Shown here: positions 50,835 through 64,000 of the stretch, one piece after another | Layout: the number at the start of each line of letters is the position of its first letter | Numbering within the stretch: the first letter of the stretch is position 1 | Assembly (NCBI GenBank): GCA_051294375.1 | Contig: CM119264.1 | Coordinates: 11,197,832 to 11,261,831 of the forward strand | From: Paraspadella gotoi | Taxonomy: Eukaryota; Animalia; Chaetognatha | Direction of reading: 5' to 3' | DNA: 64,000 bases | Notes under the pieces: generated by a model | Seen by the model: the letters and a program-made list of their open reading frames with translations, nothing else | What the model was told of the DNA's origin: nothing | The model's database searches: none | Program-made: the position numbers and the translations under genes

Positions 50835-53800
50835 CTCGAGTGACGATTACGAACTCACCTTTCTTTCCTTCCCTCTTTCCTCTACGACGAAGATCTTTCA
50901 CCGCTCAGAGGTTCACAGATTTCACTGACTTCGAAGCTGGCTTTTATCTCCACGCTTTCCGTGATTTCAAGTTCGTCGTCTGAAATTATCGTCGCGCGAA
51001 TCTCCGCCGTTCGATAGTTTAAATCGTGGAGAAAAATTCGCCGTGCCAAGAGTTCGCCGTCAGAGAGTTCGTCGTGCCACCTCGTCCCGTCGCCAGTGGA
51101 AAAAAAATTTCCGTCCAAAGGAGCAGAAGAGACGAAAAAGGACGACGCGCTCACGGATTCGGAGAGGGAGTGAAATTAAAAAAAGACAGAGAGAGAGAGA
51201 GAGAGAAAAGTGGGAGGGACGCAACTTTGGCTTCCAGCGCAGAATTCCCGATTCGAGAAAGATTCCGACCGAAGAGAAACATTCTGGCAGCAGCAGCCCA
51301 CGACGACGACAATAGCGACGACGGTGACGTCGACGGAGACGTCCATAGACTCGCGCTCGTTCGCGTGTCCGTCGGGCGGTTTTCTCTTCTTTCGCTCTTC
51401 CTCCTCTCGTTAGGATTCGAAGCCTTCGTCCTCGTTGGGGAGAGGGGTTAATGGATAAAAAGAGGGACATAACATCCGCGGCCATACGATGGCTTGCGAC
51501 GCAATTTAATGATACAATATTAAAATTTATACGTTTAAATTAAAATATTAATAATAATATTAGTAGAAAAGTAACATTAACATTATATAACAATAATAAT
51601 AACAATAATGACTTTTTTAAATTAAAGCACTCAATATATATTTTAAAATAGATTTTGTAAAAATTCTGAAAATCCCTGCGGTCTCCCAATGCTCTAAGTT
51701 TAAATATGTTTTCAAACTGTAGTGCCATCGGGAGAGAGGGGAGAGAGAAAGTAGGAATCTTCCAGAATCTCCTCCAAATAAGGCAAAACTCTCGCGCCTC
51801 TCTCTCGCTCTTTTCTCCCTCAACTGCGATAGTTGACATAGAGGATGAGGATGATGAGGAGGGGCTTCGGAGAGAGAACAAGAGGAGGAAGAGGAAGAAA
51901 GCACGTGAGAAAGCTCTCATGCAGCTGCGGAGGCAGCGGCAGAGCAGCGACGGAGGAAAGAACGACGGAGCTGGGAGAGAAGAAAAAAAAAGGAGAGCGG
52001 AGAAAGAAAGAAGGAGAGAAGGAAAGAAAAAAAATCAAGCCAAAAGGCCAAAATGGAGAAAGAAAAAGCGAAAGCGAGCGGAAAGCGCGAGAGAGAGAGA
52101 GAGATTCGCTGGCGGTCTCTCGACTACAGCAGACAAACAGAGACAAAGTCAGATGGAATTAACCAGACAGATTTAGATATTTCACTTTATTGACTGCTTA
52201 CAAATTACAACTCTTATTAAACATCACAGTTGCATCGTATCGACGAATTTTCTTCAATCGAATCTACCTAGACTAAACTTCCCAAGATTCCTCTAAATAG
52301 TAATTTAGTCTTATACTTTTTTACAATCTAATCCCGCAAATTCCCGTCGATGACTTTCCTATCTCAGCCACAACACCTCCCCTGATTAGTCACAATAGGC
52401 TTCGCATCGCATCCCCATTGACTTCCTCCTCTGTAAATCTTCGCCCACCGCTTCTCAAGCTCCTCCAGCTTGCTCCTTTCGCCTTGGCTCCTAAAGCTCC
52501 TTCGTAATCCTCAAACGTCGCCGTACAACTCCTGCTCGTCCACCGTCATGCAGTCTTCGACGAAGGGCTCCGAGCCAAGTAGAGATCCTGGACCGTCTTC
52601 GCGTTGAGGAAGTCGCTCAATTCCTCGTCGTAATTCTCCATTAGGGAGCGGAGGCGAGTGTACCGGCGATTCGGCGATGCCTGGGGAAAAGGGAAAAGAA
52701 GGGTGCGTCTCGATAATAGAGGTGGGAAGGAGAAATAGGAAGGGGAGGCGAATTCAGGGAGACTTTATATATAGCGAAGCTTTGGATTAACCGACGTCTC
52801 GGGAGATAAGAAACGTCACTTCTGAGGGATGGGATTCGAGTTCAAGGTCGAAATCATCTTCGAGGCAAAGAGATTCGCGCGTAAATAAAACGACCGCAGT
52901 TCCGTTGAGCCTTTTTTTTTTTTTCAGTACATGAAAAGGAAACTTACGCTTTTGGTAATTGTCGATGTGGTCCTTTGCGAACGAAGCGACGACTTTGTCC
53001 ACGTTTCTGAAAAGCCAAAGGCGACATGATTGATAATTACCGACTCGGACCAGTTCCGTCCCTATCCTTTCCTACCTCTGCGCGTCCAAGCCCGGCGTTC
53101 GTTGAGCGATCGTGTAATACTCCATCTCTTGTTGGCGAAAAGCGCGCCGCCCTTGTCTCTCGCTGCGGCTTCGGCTATGGCGCGCTCCTGGCGCCGCTTC
53201 TCCAGCGATTCGAGCTCCATTTCTTCGAAGTCGAGATCGTACTTGACTCGGAAGAGCCATTCCCGGTCTCGCTCCAGCATCGTCAGCTTGGCGATGCGAT
53301 CTAACTCGCTCTCCTTGTGTTTTTCTTCGTAAGAGGCGAGAGAGAATGGAAAAAGTTTATAAATACGAATAATAACCCCCCCCCCACCCCCAAAAATTTA
53401 TTATTTAATCATGAAAACACGACCAACGTTGAAGAATGAGATCTAGGTGATTGACGTAGTCCGGATTTTCGATGTGCGCTTGGCCGTTGCCAGTCAGAAA
53501 CAAAAAGACGTTCTTTGATTGGATCGCGACGCCATTTGGAGCGCGCGCAGTCGTTCGCTGCTCATCTGAAAAACACAAGACCTCGGATTTTCAAGTATAC
53601 GTTAAAACGTACTGTATAATATATATAATTATATATACAGAATACTACATTGATTTTCCTCATTTTCAAATATTCTGTATGGTATTTTGTAAAAAAAAAC
53701 AAAATAGAAAAATAAAAATTTAGCTCCTCAATTTTGAAATGTTGAAACCTCTGACTTTTAATCTATCGTTTCCGCCGCGAGTTTCCAGTTTTCGCGCGCG

Positions 53801-54994
53801 GATACGTTCATGCTTTTCCTTGGAACAGAATAAACATGAACACGTATTTTAATATATTCATGTAAAGGCGATTCCCGACTAACTTTTGCGCGTCGATCAA
53901 AAGAGAACTATCCGAATTTTCTGTTCCGAACGACTGACGAAAGACGGAGGGCAACGTGACGCGAGCAATAGAACCGTCTATCACGATGTGGTTTTAAGTG
54001 TATAATTATGTTTTATCATATCCTTTTCTTGTTTTTTATTTCTTGAATACGTTCCTAATCTTTTTTTTTATTCTTTTCTCTTTCTTTTCTTTTCTTTTCT
54101 TTTCTTTTCTTTTCTTTTCTTTTCTTTTCTTTTCATTTTTCTTTTCTTTTCTTTCTTTTCTTTTTTCTTTCTTTTCTTTCTTTCTTTCTTTCTTATCTTT
54201 CTTTCTTTTTTCTTTCTTTCTTTCTTTTCTTTCTTTCTTTCTTTCTTTCTTTTCTTTCTTTCTCACCGTCAGCAAAGCGCGTGTTTCGCTGACTCCTGTT
54301 CGTCGCTTCCCCGATTCTTAGAATGACGTCTTCAGTCGGCGTCGAAGTCTCCCTCTGTGGCGCCCAGGCCTCCATAGGAGGCGTCGATGCTCCATTTGGC
54401 CAGCGCGTTGATGTCTTTGGAGTCTCTGGCGACGTTGGAGGTTCTGGCGTTGGAAGCGGCGTCTTTGCCGCCCGAAGACCGCGCCGAATCTCCCGGTGAC
54501 GTTGATGAGAGTTTCGAAGGATTCCGCGTTTTTTCGTCTTCTTCAGGCTGTGATTGCATTCGCTGCGACAAGCGGGCCACTCGGAATCCGTGGGGCTCCC
54601 AGGGTAGATCATTGTGGTCGTTTTCGGAGGCTCGGGAAGATGCATCACTCGACATTTTCATGGGGGGGCGGGCGCTACTACGAATATATCGCCCCTTAGG
54701 GAAAAGGAGAATGAGCTTAGCCTCTGATTACAGACATGCGGGGGCCCCCTTTCTTGTCTTTTATTTCTTGGGTTTTTTTTCGCGTCTTTTCCCTAGCTAA
54801 AAACCGGAGTCTCGATTCGCTATTCAAATCGTCGCTCCTGAGGACGAAGTACGACGGAGCGAGAAAGGTAAATGGATTTTCATCGTCACTTAGTCTCAAG
54901 AAATTCCGGCGATCGAAGATCTCAAGGGGAGATACGAACGGGACCGATGATCGAGCGAGATTCAAACATGAGATTTGGGCTAAAACTTTGTGTT

Positions 54995-55091
<97 letters not shown>

Positions 55092-55950
55092 ATTCTGTTC
55101 ATTCTGCCCCTCAGTTGTATTTACTTGTTCTATCCGTGAGTCAGCATGTACTTTTCGTGTCTCGCAAGATGACACTTAACCTTCGTGTCAAAGATATATT
55201 CTCGTTTGCGGAGATAAGAAATGGAAAAAAAGAAGAGAAAGAAATGCAAAAGAAGAAATTTCCGATAAGCGACAAGTTAAAAACAAATTTAAAAGAAAAA
55301 CCCTGATCTTTTGAACTCTGCCTTCTGCTTTTTTTTGTGCACTGAATCAAACCGGCTTAAACTTTTTTACTTTTTTACATATTATTGCTAATATTGTAAA
55401 TTATTGTCAAACGTCTTTTACTATTTTATACAAAATTATTTTTTGTAAAATCATTAATAAAAAATCGACAGAAATTTATTCATTCAAAAAAAAATTAATA
55501 AGAAAAAGAACAATTAAAACCACAAAAAAATTATTCTTATCGACTTCGGTGAACCGTCGCCCATCGAACAACTTACTTGACTCCATCACAAAATGGCGAC
55601 GAACCTTCGAACTTCCCTTCACTTCTTCCTCTTCCTCTTCGTCCTCCTCCAGCTCTGCCTCGTCGGCATTTCCTCCATCTTTCGCGCCACCCTTACCTTC
55701 ATGGAGAAACAGTTTCAGATCAGTTCCAAGATCAGGTGAGGCTCCGGGTGGGATCAGGTAGAAGCCGGTTGGGGGCAAACCTTTGAATCTTAATAGCAAA
55801 TAGCAATATGAAAAGACAGGCGTAAAACATAAGAGTAATTGACGATCCTATCCTTTCTCTCTTTCTGTCTCCTCCCAGCGGTTTCATAGTAACCAGCAAC
55901 GACATCCCTTCTCTGCTGCTGATCATCCCGACGACCTACTTCGGCGTGCG
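50393..55950. repeat. Copy 1 of a direct duplication of at least 5.5 kb (copy 2 at 58434-64000)
   Basis: Both copies start cacagtttttccacctcacctccgccc (T-run one base longer in copy 2) and stay colinear to the window end; differences are mostly 1-nt indels and microsatellite length. Confidence 0.96.
52511..54661 (-). CDS. Unrecognised protein with charged helical C-terminus, copy 1; exons 54267-54661, about 53425-53565, 53076-about 53324, 52948-53006, 52511-52680
   Basis: GT-AG boundaries (gtgaga, gtagga, gtaagt); the two copies together give ...ELDRIAKLTMLERDREWLFRVKYDLDFEEMELESLEKRRQE...NVDKVVASFAKDHIDNYQKRIANRRYTRLRSLMENYDEELSDFL...ELYGDV*; one junction unresolved. Confidence 0.65.
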
Positions 55951-57411
55951 ACTCCATCGACCTTTTCTGCATCGCCGTCGGCGGCGTCGTCGTCGCGCGT
56001 CGCTTGGGCCGCCGTTGTCGCTCCTCACTTCTTTCTGCGTGAGAGGACGGCGAGAGGGAGGGCAGAGAGAGAGAGAGAGAGAGAGAGAAACGGATCTATT
56101 GTATTGATAAACTAACTTCAACTGCAATTTTAAAAAAAACTGAGTTTGGACAAATTTTTCGACTTAGCCTAAGCTCTTGTCCAGACAGCAACCTTTCAGG
56201 TTTTATCATTCCAGAGATGGTATATTTCCATTTTCTTTTTCCTCCTATAAAACGAACCGTGCTAAGTTTAAACGCTTCTTTAATGAATAGCGGGTTCGTT
56301 CGATCGTTTATTTTTTGTTTTGTTTTTCTTGTTTTTCGATAATTAGTTGGATTATTCGTTCTTATATTCGTTTTTTTTTTTGTACTTCTAACGTTCATTC
56401 GTTTTTTTTTTTTGGTTCGTTCGTTCTTTCATCCCTTCCCTCTACCCTCCCTCCCGCAGCCTCCATCTCTATTCCCTTCAACTCCACCAATTCGTCCGTC
56501 GACTCTTCTCGTTCTCTGCATCCACCCCAACTCTTCCTTCAACGCCATCCCTCTACCCGATCTCCACGGCTTCCACTTTTCCCGATGACTCGTCCGAGTC
56601 GTCCGCCAACCGACTCTGGGCACTCCCGCTCGTGGGGGAAATCCTCGTAGGGATGGGCGGAACCCACATCTACTCTTACGGGGCTTCGTACATAGACGAT
56701 TTCGCCGAGAAGGCAAGTCGCCGCTTTATTTCGGTCAGGATTGAATCGATTCGATTTGATATTTAAATATTTTATACAGAGACTTGATTTGAAATTTTTC
56801 TTCAGATTATGAAATTGGTACAACCAATATATATATATTAGATTAGATTCAAAATTTGATTTGAGAATTGATTTGAAATTTGAAGAGATTGATTTAAAAT
56901 TTGTTGTGAGATTAGATTTTAAATTTGATGTGAGAATTTGATGTGAGATGTGTGATTTGATTTGAAATTTGCTGCGAGATTTTATTTGAGATTGAGATTT
57001 GCTTTGTTTCGATTTGGAATTTGACTGATTTCGGTTATAACTAGAAGTTATAAAAGTCAATTCCAATCATGAAAAAAAGAAATTTAGAATTTAAAAATCA
57101 TCTCGCCGAACGTCCGACTGATAAAGTGATATATATATCTCCATATATTTCAATCGACCCCGATTCCTCCCCTCAGGGATCTTGATGTCCGCCAACCGTC
57201 CTCGTCCCGCCTTCGGTCACCTCGCCGGCGCCTGGACCTCGACCGTCTACGTCGACGCGGACGCGCGGGGCGACGCCGCCCGTGGCGCCGGACGACGCCC
57301 GTTGGGTCGGCGCCTGGTGGTTGGGGCCTCTCGTCGTCTCCGGCGTCATCTTGATCGTCGCCGTCGTTTTCTTCGTTTTTCCGAATCGTTGGACGAAACG
57401 GGGACCGTCGG
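55593..57411 (+). CDS. SLCO: OATP/SLCO organic anion transporter, first four exons (55593-55735, 55879-56038, 56460-56733, 57177-57411), with frameshifts and no 3' half in this copy
   Basis: Family motifs in order: TLTFMEKQFQISSKISGFIVTSNDI, YFGVRLHRP..PHF, GEILVGMGGTHIYSYGASYIDDFAEK..SPLYFG, PAFGHLAG..VYVD, DARWVGAWWLG (OATP signature). Confidence 0.9.
56750..57035. repeat. Degenerate AT-rich short-unit repeat (gatttgaaattt-like) in an OATP intron
   Basis: Recurrent gattt/tttga units. Confidence 0.7.
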
Positions 57412-57688
57412 GTAAGTCGTGATTGTGATAGTTAAGTCGGTGATGACATGACACGTCGAGCTGGGGTTAGAGGCTATTGTCACAGCGACAGCGTGATATG
57501 ATGAAACACGGTGGTGCAAGCAGTCAAATCGTGTTGTCGTTCTAAACTGCGTTTAGTTTTTCTAGCTGACAAAATCGAGCAGTTTTAATAAAATTAGTTT
57601 ATAATTATAATTCAATGCCGAGTAAAGGAAAGTAATTATAAGTAATACAACATATTAGAAAGACAAGTATGAATCAAATTCGCTTTTT

Positions 57689-58097
57689 CTATGACTTCGG
57701 ACATTGGTCTTTCGGCAACGACCTGCAACGTCGCCCATGGTTTCCATGATATTGCATCGGAATAGTGTGGCATCCTGCACAATTGAGTTTCGTGATAATA
57801 ATTATATTCATGATATTTTTTTTCTTCTTCTTCAATCCTTCCGCAAAGGTGACCTCTGTTAGGTTGTCTATAAAAGTTTTACGAGTCGCGCTCGTTGTTA
57901 TTATCGCCAAAATTCATTAATTTCATTTGGCAAATGGTCGCACCTCCGTCGACATTGCAGTTGTCCTTGTTGCAGATGTAAGCGACGTCCCAAAAGTCGT
58001 CGTCGCAGACGAAATTCTTGAGGACGACTCCGGTTTTGTTGTTCTTCTCGAGGGCGTCGAATCCAGCGGCGCAGATACCCTTAAAGACCGAACCTTG
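57689..58097 (-). CDS. Two exons (57944-about 58097, 57689-57774) of a small Cys-rich protein, possibly Ly6/three-finger-like
   Basis: GSVFKGICAAG...FVCDDDFWDVAYICNKDNCNVDG joins in phase 1 to GCHTIPMQYHGNHGRRCRSLPKDQCPKS*; contains CxxDxCN. Confidence 0.45.
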
Positions 58098-58234
58098 CTG
58101 GGAGATGAGAGGATGTGGTTTTCGCACGATTTTAAATTAGTAAAAAAAGCAATCCTGTGTGGGCAGCAAAGAACTTAAAGCTGCCTCACTGCTGTCCGTT
58201 CTCAAACCTCGTCTCATCTCTCATCTCGTTACAA

Positions 58235-58433
58235 CGGTGCGTCCAGGGTTCAATCCCTGAGTATCCCGGTTCAGGCTTAAATGTAACGGAGCCGGTCTAA
58301 AGTTGAGACTCTAAACAATATTTAGTAAACAAAGCCAGTGGCAGGAGGCGGTCACTGAGGGACAGCAGCCCCTACGCCAGCTGGTGAGGTACCGGCGCCC
58401 CGGGTATCACAGGCATTCTCATTCGTAACCGTT
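58235..58433 (+). mobile_element. Possible SINE-like fragment directly before the duplication breakpoint
   Basis: B-box ggttcaatcc at about 58247, identical to the one at about 23826. Confidence 0.3.
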
Positions 58434-58778
58434 CACAGTTTTTTCCACCTCACCTCCGCCCACTCTTATCACATTCTTTGAATAAATCAAAATGTTTCGA
58501 ACCAAAACATTTTTAAAAAAATATCTCAAAATAAAAAAGGTTCTTTTGTCTCTATTCAAGAATCCACTGACCTCAAAGAAGAACTTAAAAGGCCGTTCCC
58601 CCTTTTTCACTTTTCACGAAAAAGGCCGGTGCTCCTTTTCACTTTTCCGATAAAGAGTCAGTTCTTTGCGTCAGAGACTCGACAATCTTTTTTTTTCTTT
58701 CTTCTCTTTTTCCTCCCTTTCGCTCGCCAGGTCATCCATATTATCTCCACGACAAAGAAGTCGGAAAAAAGGGATAAG

Positions 58779-58886
<108 letters not shown>

Positions 58887-60567
58887 CTCGAGTGACGATT
58901 ACGAACTCACCTTTCTTTCCTTCCCTCTTTCTCTACGACGAAGATCTTTCACCGCTCAGAGGTTCACAGATTTCACGACTTTCGAAGCTTGGCTTTTATC
59001 TCCACGCTTTCCGTGATTTCAAGTTCGTCGCTGAAATTATCGTCGCGCGAATCTCCGCCGTTCGATAGTTTAAATCGTGGAGAAAAATTCGCCGTGCCAA
59101 GAGTTCGCCGTCAGAGAGTTCGTCGTGCCACCTCGTCCCGTCGCCAGTGGAAAAAAAAATTTCCGTCCAAAGGAGCAGAAGAGACGAAAAAGGACGACGC
59201 GCTCACGGATTCGGAGAGGGAGTGAAATTAAAAAAGAGACAGAGAGAGAGAGAGAGAGAAAGTGGGAGGGACGCAACTTTGGCTTCCAGCGCAGAATTCC
59301 CGATTCGAGAAAGATTCCGACCGAAGAGAAACATTCTGGCAGCAGCAGCCAACGACGACGACAATAGCGACGACGGTGACGTCGACGGAGACGTCCATAG
59401 ACTCGCGCTCGTTCGCGTGTCCGTCGGGCGTTTCTCTTCTTTCGCTCTTCCTCCTCTCGTTAGGATTCGAAGCCTTCGTCCTCGTTGGGGGAGAGGGGTT
59501 AATGGATAAAAAGAGGGACATAACATCCCGCGGACCAATACGATGGCTTGCGACGCAATTTAATGATACAATATTAAAATTTATACGTTTAAATTAAAAT
59601 ATTAATAATAATATTAGTAGAAAAGTAACATTAACATTATATTAACAATAATAATAACAATAATGACTTTTTTTAAATTAAAGCACTCAATATATATTTT
59701 AAAATAGATTTTGTAAAAATTCTGAAAATCCCGCGGTCTCCCAATGCTCTAAGTTTAAATATGTTTTCAAACTGTAGTGCCATCGGGAGAGAGGGGAGAG
59801 AGAAAGTAGGAATCTTCCAGAATCTCCTCCAAATAAGGCAAAACTCTCGCCCTCTCTCTCGCTCTTTCTCTCCCTCAACTGCGATATTGACATAGAGGAT
59901 GAGGGATGATGAGGAGGGGCTTCGGGAAGAGAACAAGAGGAGGAAGAGGAAGAAAGCACGTGAGAAAGCTCTCATGCAGCTGCGGAGGCAGCGGCAGAGC
60001 AGCGACGGAGGAAAGAACGACGGAGCTGGGAGAGAGAAAAAAAAAGGAGAGCGGAGAAAGAAAAGAAGGAGAGAAGGAAAGAAAAAAAATCAAGCCAAAA
60101 GGCCAAAATGGAGAAAGAAAAAGCGAAAGCGAGGGAAAGCGCGAGAGAGAGAGAGAGATTCGCTGGCGGTCTCTCGACTACAGCAGACAAACAGAGACAA
60201 AGTCAGATGGAATTAACCAGACAGATTTAGATATTTCACTTTATTGACTGCTTACAAATTACAACTCTTTATTAAACATCACAGTTGCATCGTATCGACG
60301 AATTTTCTTCAAATCGAATCTACCCTAGACTAAACTTCCCAAGATTCCTCTAAATAGTAATTTAGTCTTATACTTTTTTACAATCTAATCCCGCAAATTC
60401 CCGTCGATGACTTTCCTATCTCAGCCACAACACCTCCCCTGATTAGTCACAATAGGCTTCGCATCGCATCCCCATTGACTTCCTCCTCTGTAAATCTTCG
60501 CCCCACCGCTTCTCAAGCTCCTCCAGCTTGCTCCTTTCGCCTTGGCTCCTAAAGCTCCTTCGTATCC

Positions 60568-62233
60568 TCAAACGTCGCCGTACAACTCCTGCTCGTCCAC
60601 CGTCATGCAGTCTTCGACGAAGGGCTCCGAGCCCAAGTAGAGATCCTGGACCGTCTTCGCGTTGAGGAAGTCGCTCAATTCCTCGTCGTAATTCTCCATT
60701 AGGGAGCGGAGGCGAGTGTACCGGCGATTCGCGATGCCTGGGGAAAAGGGAAAAGAAGGGTGCGTCTCGATAATAGAGGTGGGAAGGAGAAATAGGAAGG
60801 GGAGGCGAATTCAGGGAGACTTTATATATAGCGAAGCTTTGGATTAACCGACGTCTCGGGAGATAAGAAACGTCACTTCTGAGGGATGGGATTCGAGTTC
60901 AAGGTCGAAATCATCTTCGAGGGCAAAGAGATTCGCGCGTAAATAAAACGACCGCAGTTCCGTTGAGCCTTTTTTTTTTTTTCAGTACATGAAAAGGAAA
61001 CTTACGCTTTTGGTAATTGTCGATGTGGTCCTTTGCGAACGAAGCGACGACTTTGTCCACGTTTCTGAAAAGCCAAAGGCGACAATGATTGATAATTACC
61101 GACTCGGACCAGTTCCGTCCCTATCCTTTCCTACCTCTGCGCGTCCAAGCCCGGCGTTCGTTGAGCGATCGTGTAATACTCCATCTCTTTGTTGGCGAAA
61201 AGCGCGCCGCCCTTGTCTCTCGCTGCGGCTTCGGCTATGGCGCGCTCCTGGCGCCGCTTCTCCAGCGATTCGAGCTCCATTTCTTCGAAGTCGAGATCGT
61301 ACTTGACTCGGAAGAGCCATTCCCGGTCTCGCTCCAGCATCGTCAGCTTGGCGATGCGATCTAACTCGCTCTCCTTGTGTTTTTCTTCGTAAGAGCGAGA
61401 GAGAATGGAAAAAGTTTATAAATACGAATAATAACCCNNNNNNNNNNNNNNNNNNNNNNTATTATTTAATCATGAAAACACGACCAACGTTGAAGAATGA
61501 GATCTAGGTGATTGACGTAGTCCGGATTTTCGATGTGCGCTTGGCCGTTGCCAGTCAGAAACAAAAGACGTTCTTTGATTGGATCGCGACGCCATTTGGA
61601 GCGCGCCAGTCGTTCGCTGCTCATCTGAAAAACACAAGACCTCGGATTTTCAAGTATACGTTAAAACGTACTGTATAATATATATAATTATATACAGAAT
61701 ACTACATTGATTTTCCTCATTTTCAAATATTCTGTATGGTATTTTGTAAAAAAAAACAAAATAGAAAAATAAAAATTTAGCTCCTCAAATTTTGAAATGT
61801 TGAAACCTCTTGACTTTTAATCAATCGTTTCCGCCGCGAGTTTCCAGTTTTCGCGCGCGATACGTTCATGCTTTTCCTTGGAACAGAATAAACATGAACA
61901 CGTATTTTAATATATTCATGTAAAGGCGATTCCCGACTAACTTTTGCGCGTCGATCAAAAGAGAACTATCCGAATTTTCTGTTCCGAACGACTGACGAAA
62001 GACGGAGGGCAACGTGACGCGAGCAATAGAACCGTCTATCACGATGTGGTTTTAAGTGTATAATTATGTTTTATCATATCCTTTTCTTGTTTTTTATTTC
62101 CTTGAATACGTTCCTAATCTTTTTTTTTATTCTTTTCTTTTCTTTTCTTTTCTTTTCTTTTCTTTTCTTTTCTTTTCTTTTCTTTTCTTTTCTTTTCTTT
62201 TCTTTTCTTTTCTTTTCTTTTTTTTTCTTTCAT

Positions 62234-62316
<83 letters not shown>

Positions 62317-62706
62317 CACCGTCAGCAAAGCGCGTGTTTCGCTGACTCCTGTTCGTCGCTTCCCCGATTCTTAGAATGACGTCTTCGTCGGCGTCGAAGT
62401 CTCCCTCTGTGGCGCCCAGGCCTCCATAGGAGGCGTCGATGCTCCATTTGGCCAGCGCGTTGATGTCTTTGGAGTCTCTGGCGACGTTGGAGGTTCTGGC
62501 GTTGGAAGCGGCGTCTTTGCCGCCCGAAGACCGCGCCGAATCTCCGGTGACGTTGATGAGAGTTTCGAAGGATTCCGCGTTTTTCGTCTTCTTCAGGCTG
62601 TGATTCATTCGCTGCGACAAGCGGGCCACTCGGAATCCGTGGGGCTCCCAGGGTAGATCATTGTGGTCGTTTTCGAGGCTCGGAAGATGCATCACCGACA
62701 TTTCAT
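60568..62706 (-). CDS. Unrecognised protein, copy 2 of the gene at 52511-54661
   Basis: Same exon set; indels fall at different positions from copy 1. Confidence 0.62.
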
Positions 62707-63043
62707 GGGGGGGGGGCGCTACTACGAATATATCGCCCCTTAGGGAAAAGGAGAATGAGCTTAGCCTCTGATTACAGACATGCGGGGGCCCCCTTTCTTG
62801 TCTTTTATTTCTTGGGTTTTTTTTCGCGTCTTTTCCCTAGCTAAAAACCGGAGTCTCGATTCGCTATTCAAATCGTCGCTCCTGAGGACGAAGTACGACG
62901 GACCGAGAAAGGTAAATGGATTTTTCATCGTCACTTAGTCTCAAGAAATTCGGCGATCGAAGATCTCAAGGGGAGATACGAACGGGACCGATGATCGAGC
63001 GAGATTCAAACATGAGATTTAATTTGGGCTAAAACTTTGTGTT

Positions 63044-63142
<99 letters not shown>

Positions 63143-63642
63143 ATTCTGTTCATTCTGCCCCTCAGTTGTATTTACTTGTTCTATCCGTGAGTCAGCATGT
63201 ACTTTTCGTGTCTCGCAAGATGACACTTAACCTTCGTGTCAAAGATATATTCTCGTTTGCGGAGATAAGAAATGGAAAAAAAGAAGAGAAAGAAAATGCA
63301 AAAGAAGAAATTTCCGATAAGCGACAAGTTAAAAACAAATTTAAAAGAAAAACCCTGATCTTTTGAACTCTGCCTTCTGCTTTTTTTGTGCACTGAATCA
63401 AACCGGCTTAAACTTTTTTACTTTTTTACATATTATTGCTAATATTGTAAATTATTGTCAAACGTCTTTTACTATTTTATACAAAATTATTTTTTGTAAA
63501 ATCATTAATAAAAAATCGACAGAAATTTATTCATTCAAAAAAAAATTAATAAGAAAAAGAACAATTAAAACCACAAAAAAATTATTCTTATCGACTTCGT
63601 GAACCGTCGCCCATCGAACAACTTACTTGACTCCATCACAAA

Positions 63643-64000
63643 ATGGCGACGAACCTTCGAACTTCCCTTCACTTCTTCCTCTTCCTCTTCGTCCTCCTCC
63701 AGCTCTGCCTCGTCGGCATTTCCTCCATCTTTCGCGCCACCCTTACCTTCATGGAGAAACAGTTTCAGATCAGTTCCAAGATCAGGTGAGGCTCGGGTGG
63801 GATCAGGTAGAAGCCGGTTGGGGGCAAACCTTTGAATCTTAATAGCAAATAGCAATATGAAAAGACAGGCGTAAAAACATAAGAGTAATTGACGATCCTA
63901 TCCTTTCTCTCTTTCTGTCTCCTCCCAGCGGTTTCATAGTAACCAGCAACGACATCCCTTCTCTGCTGCTGATCATCCCGACGACCTACTTCGGCGTCCG
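63643..64000 (+). CDS. SLCO: OATP/SLCO transporter copy 2, exon 1 (63643-63785) and start of exon 2 (63929 onward)
   Basis: MATNLRTSLHFFLFLFVLLQLCLVGISSIFRATLTFMEKQFQISSKIS then GFIVTSNDIPSLLLIIPTTYFGV. Confidence 0.88.

Noticed and set aside
55476-55799. Minus-strand acidic ORF (EAELEEDEEEEEE), repeated at 63565-63855
   Set aside because: Antisense shadow of the Phe/Leu-rich first TM exon of OATP on the plus strand

Overview
Eukaryotic, almost certainly invertebrate animal, draft-genome window. It has short GC/CpG-rich exons in AT-rich, (GA)n-laden introns, seven N gaps and many indel-type sequence errors. Almost all of the supplied six-frame ORFs are spurious, so genes were rebuilt by hand from splice sites. 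Contents: (1) a 13-exon DC-STAMP-domain gene of the DCST1/sneaky fertilisation-protein type on the minus strand (13924 to beyond position 1), with a decayed Penelope-like retroelement in one intron; (2) just upstream on the same strand, two homologous exons that each encode the N-terminal GCxxPV/I motif of DLK/LZK/Wallenda MAP3Ks. No kinase exons were found, so DCST1 appears nested in a DLK intron; a candidate first coding exon lies at 41766-42478; (3) two unrecognised multi-exon minus-strand genes (46.2-48.4 kb and 52.5-54.7 kb); (4) the 5' four exons of an OATP/SLCO transporter on the plus strand, followed by a small antisense Cys-rich (Ly6-like) exon pair; (5) large inverted and direct duplications next to 25-N gaps, probably partly assembly artefacts. 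No prokaryotic system, CRISPR array or rRNA is present. All family calls rest on recalled motifs, not on database searches.
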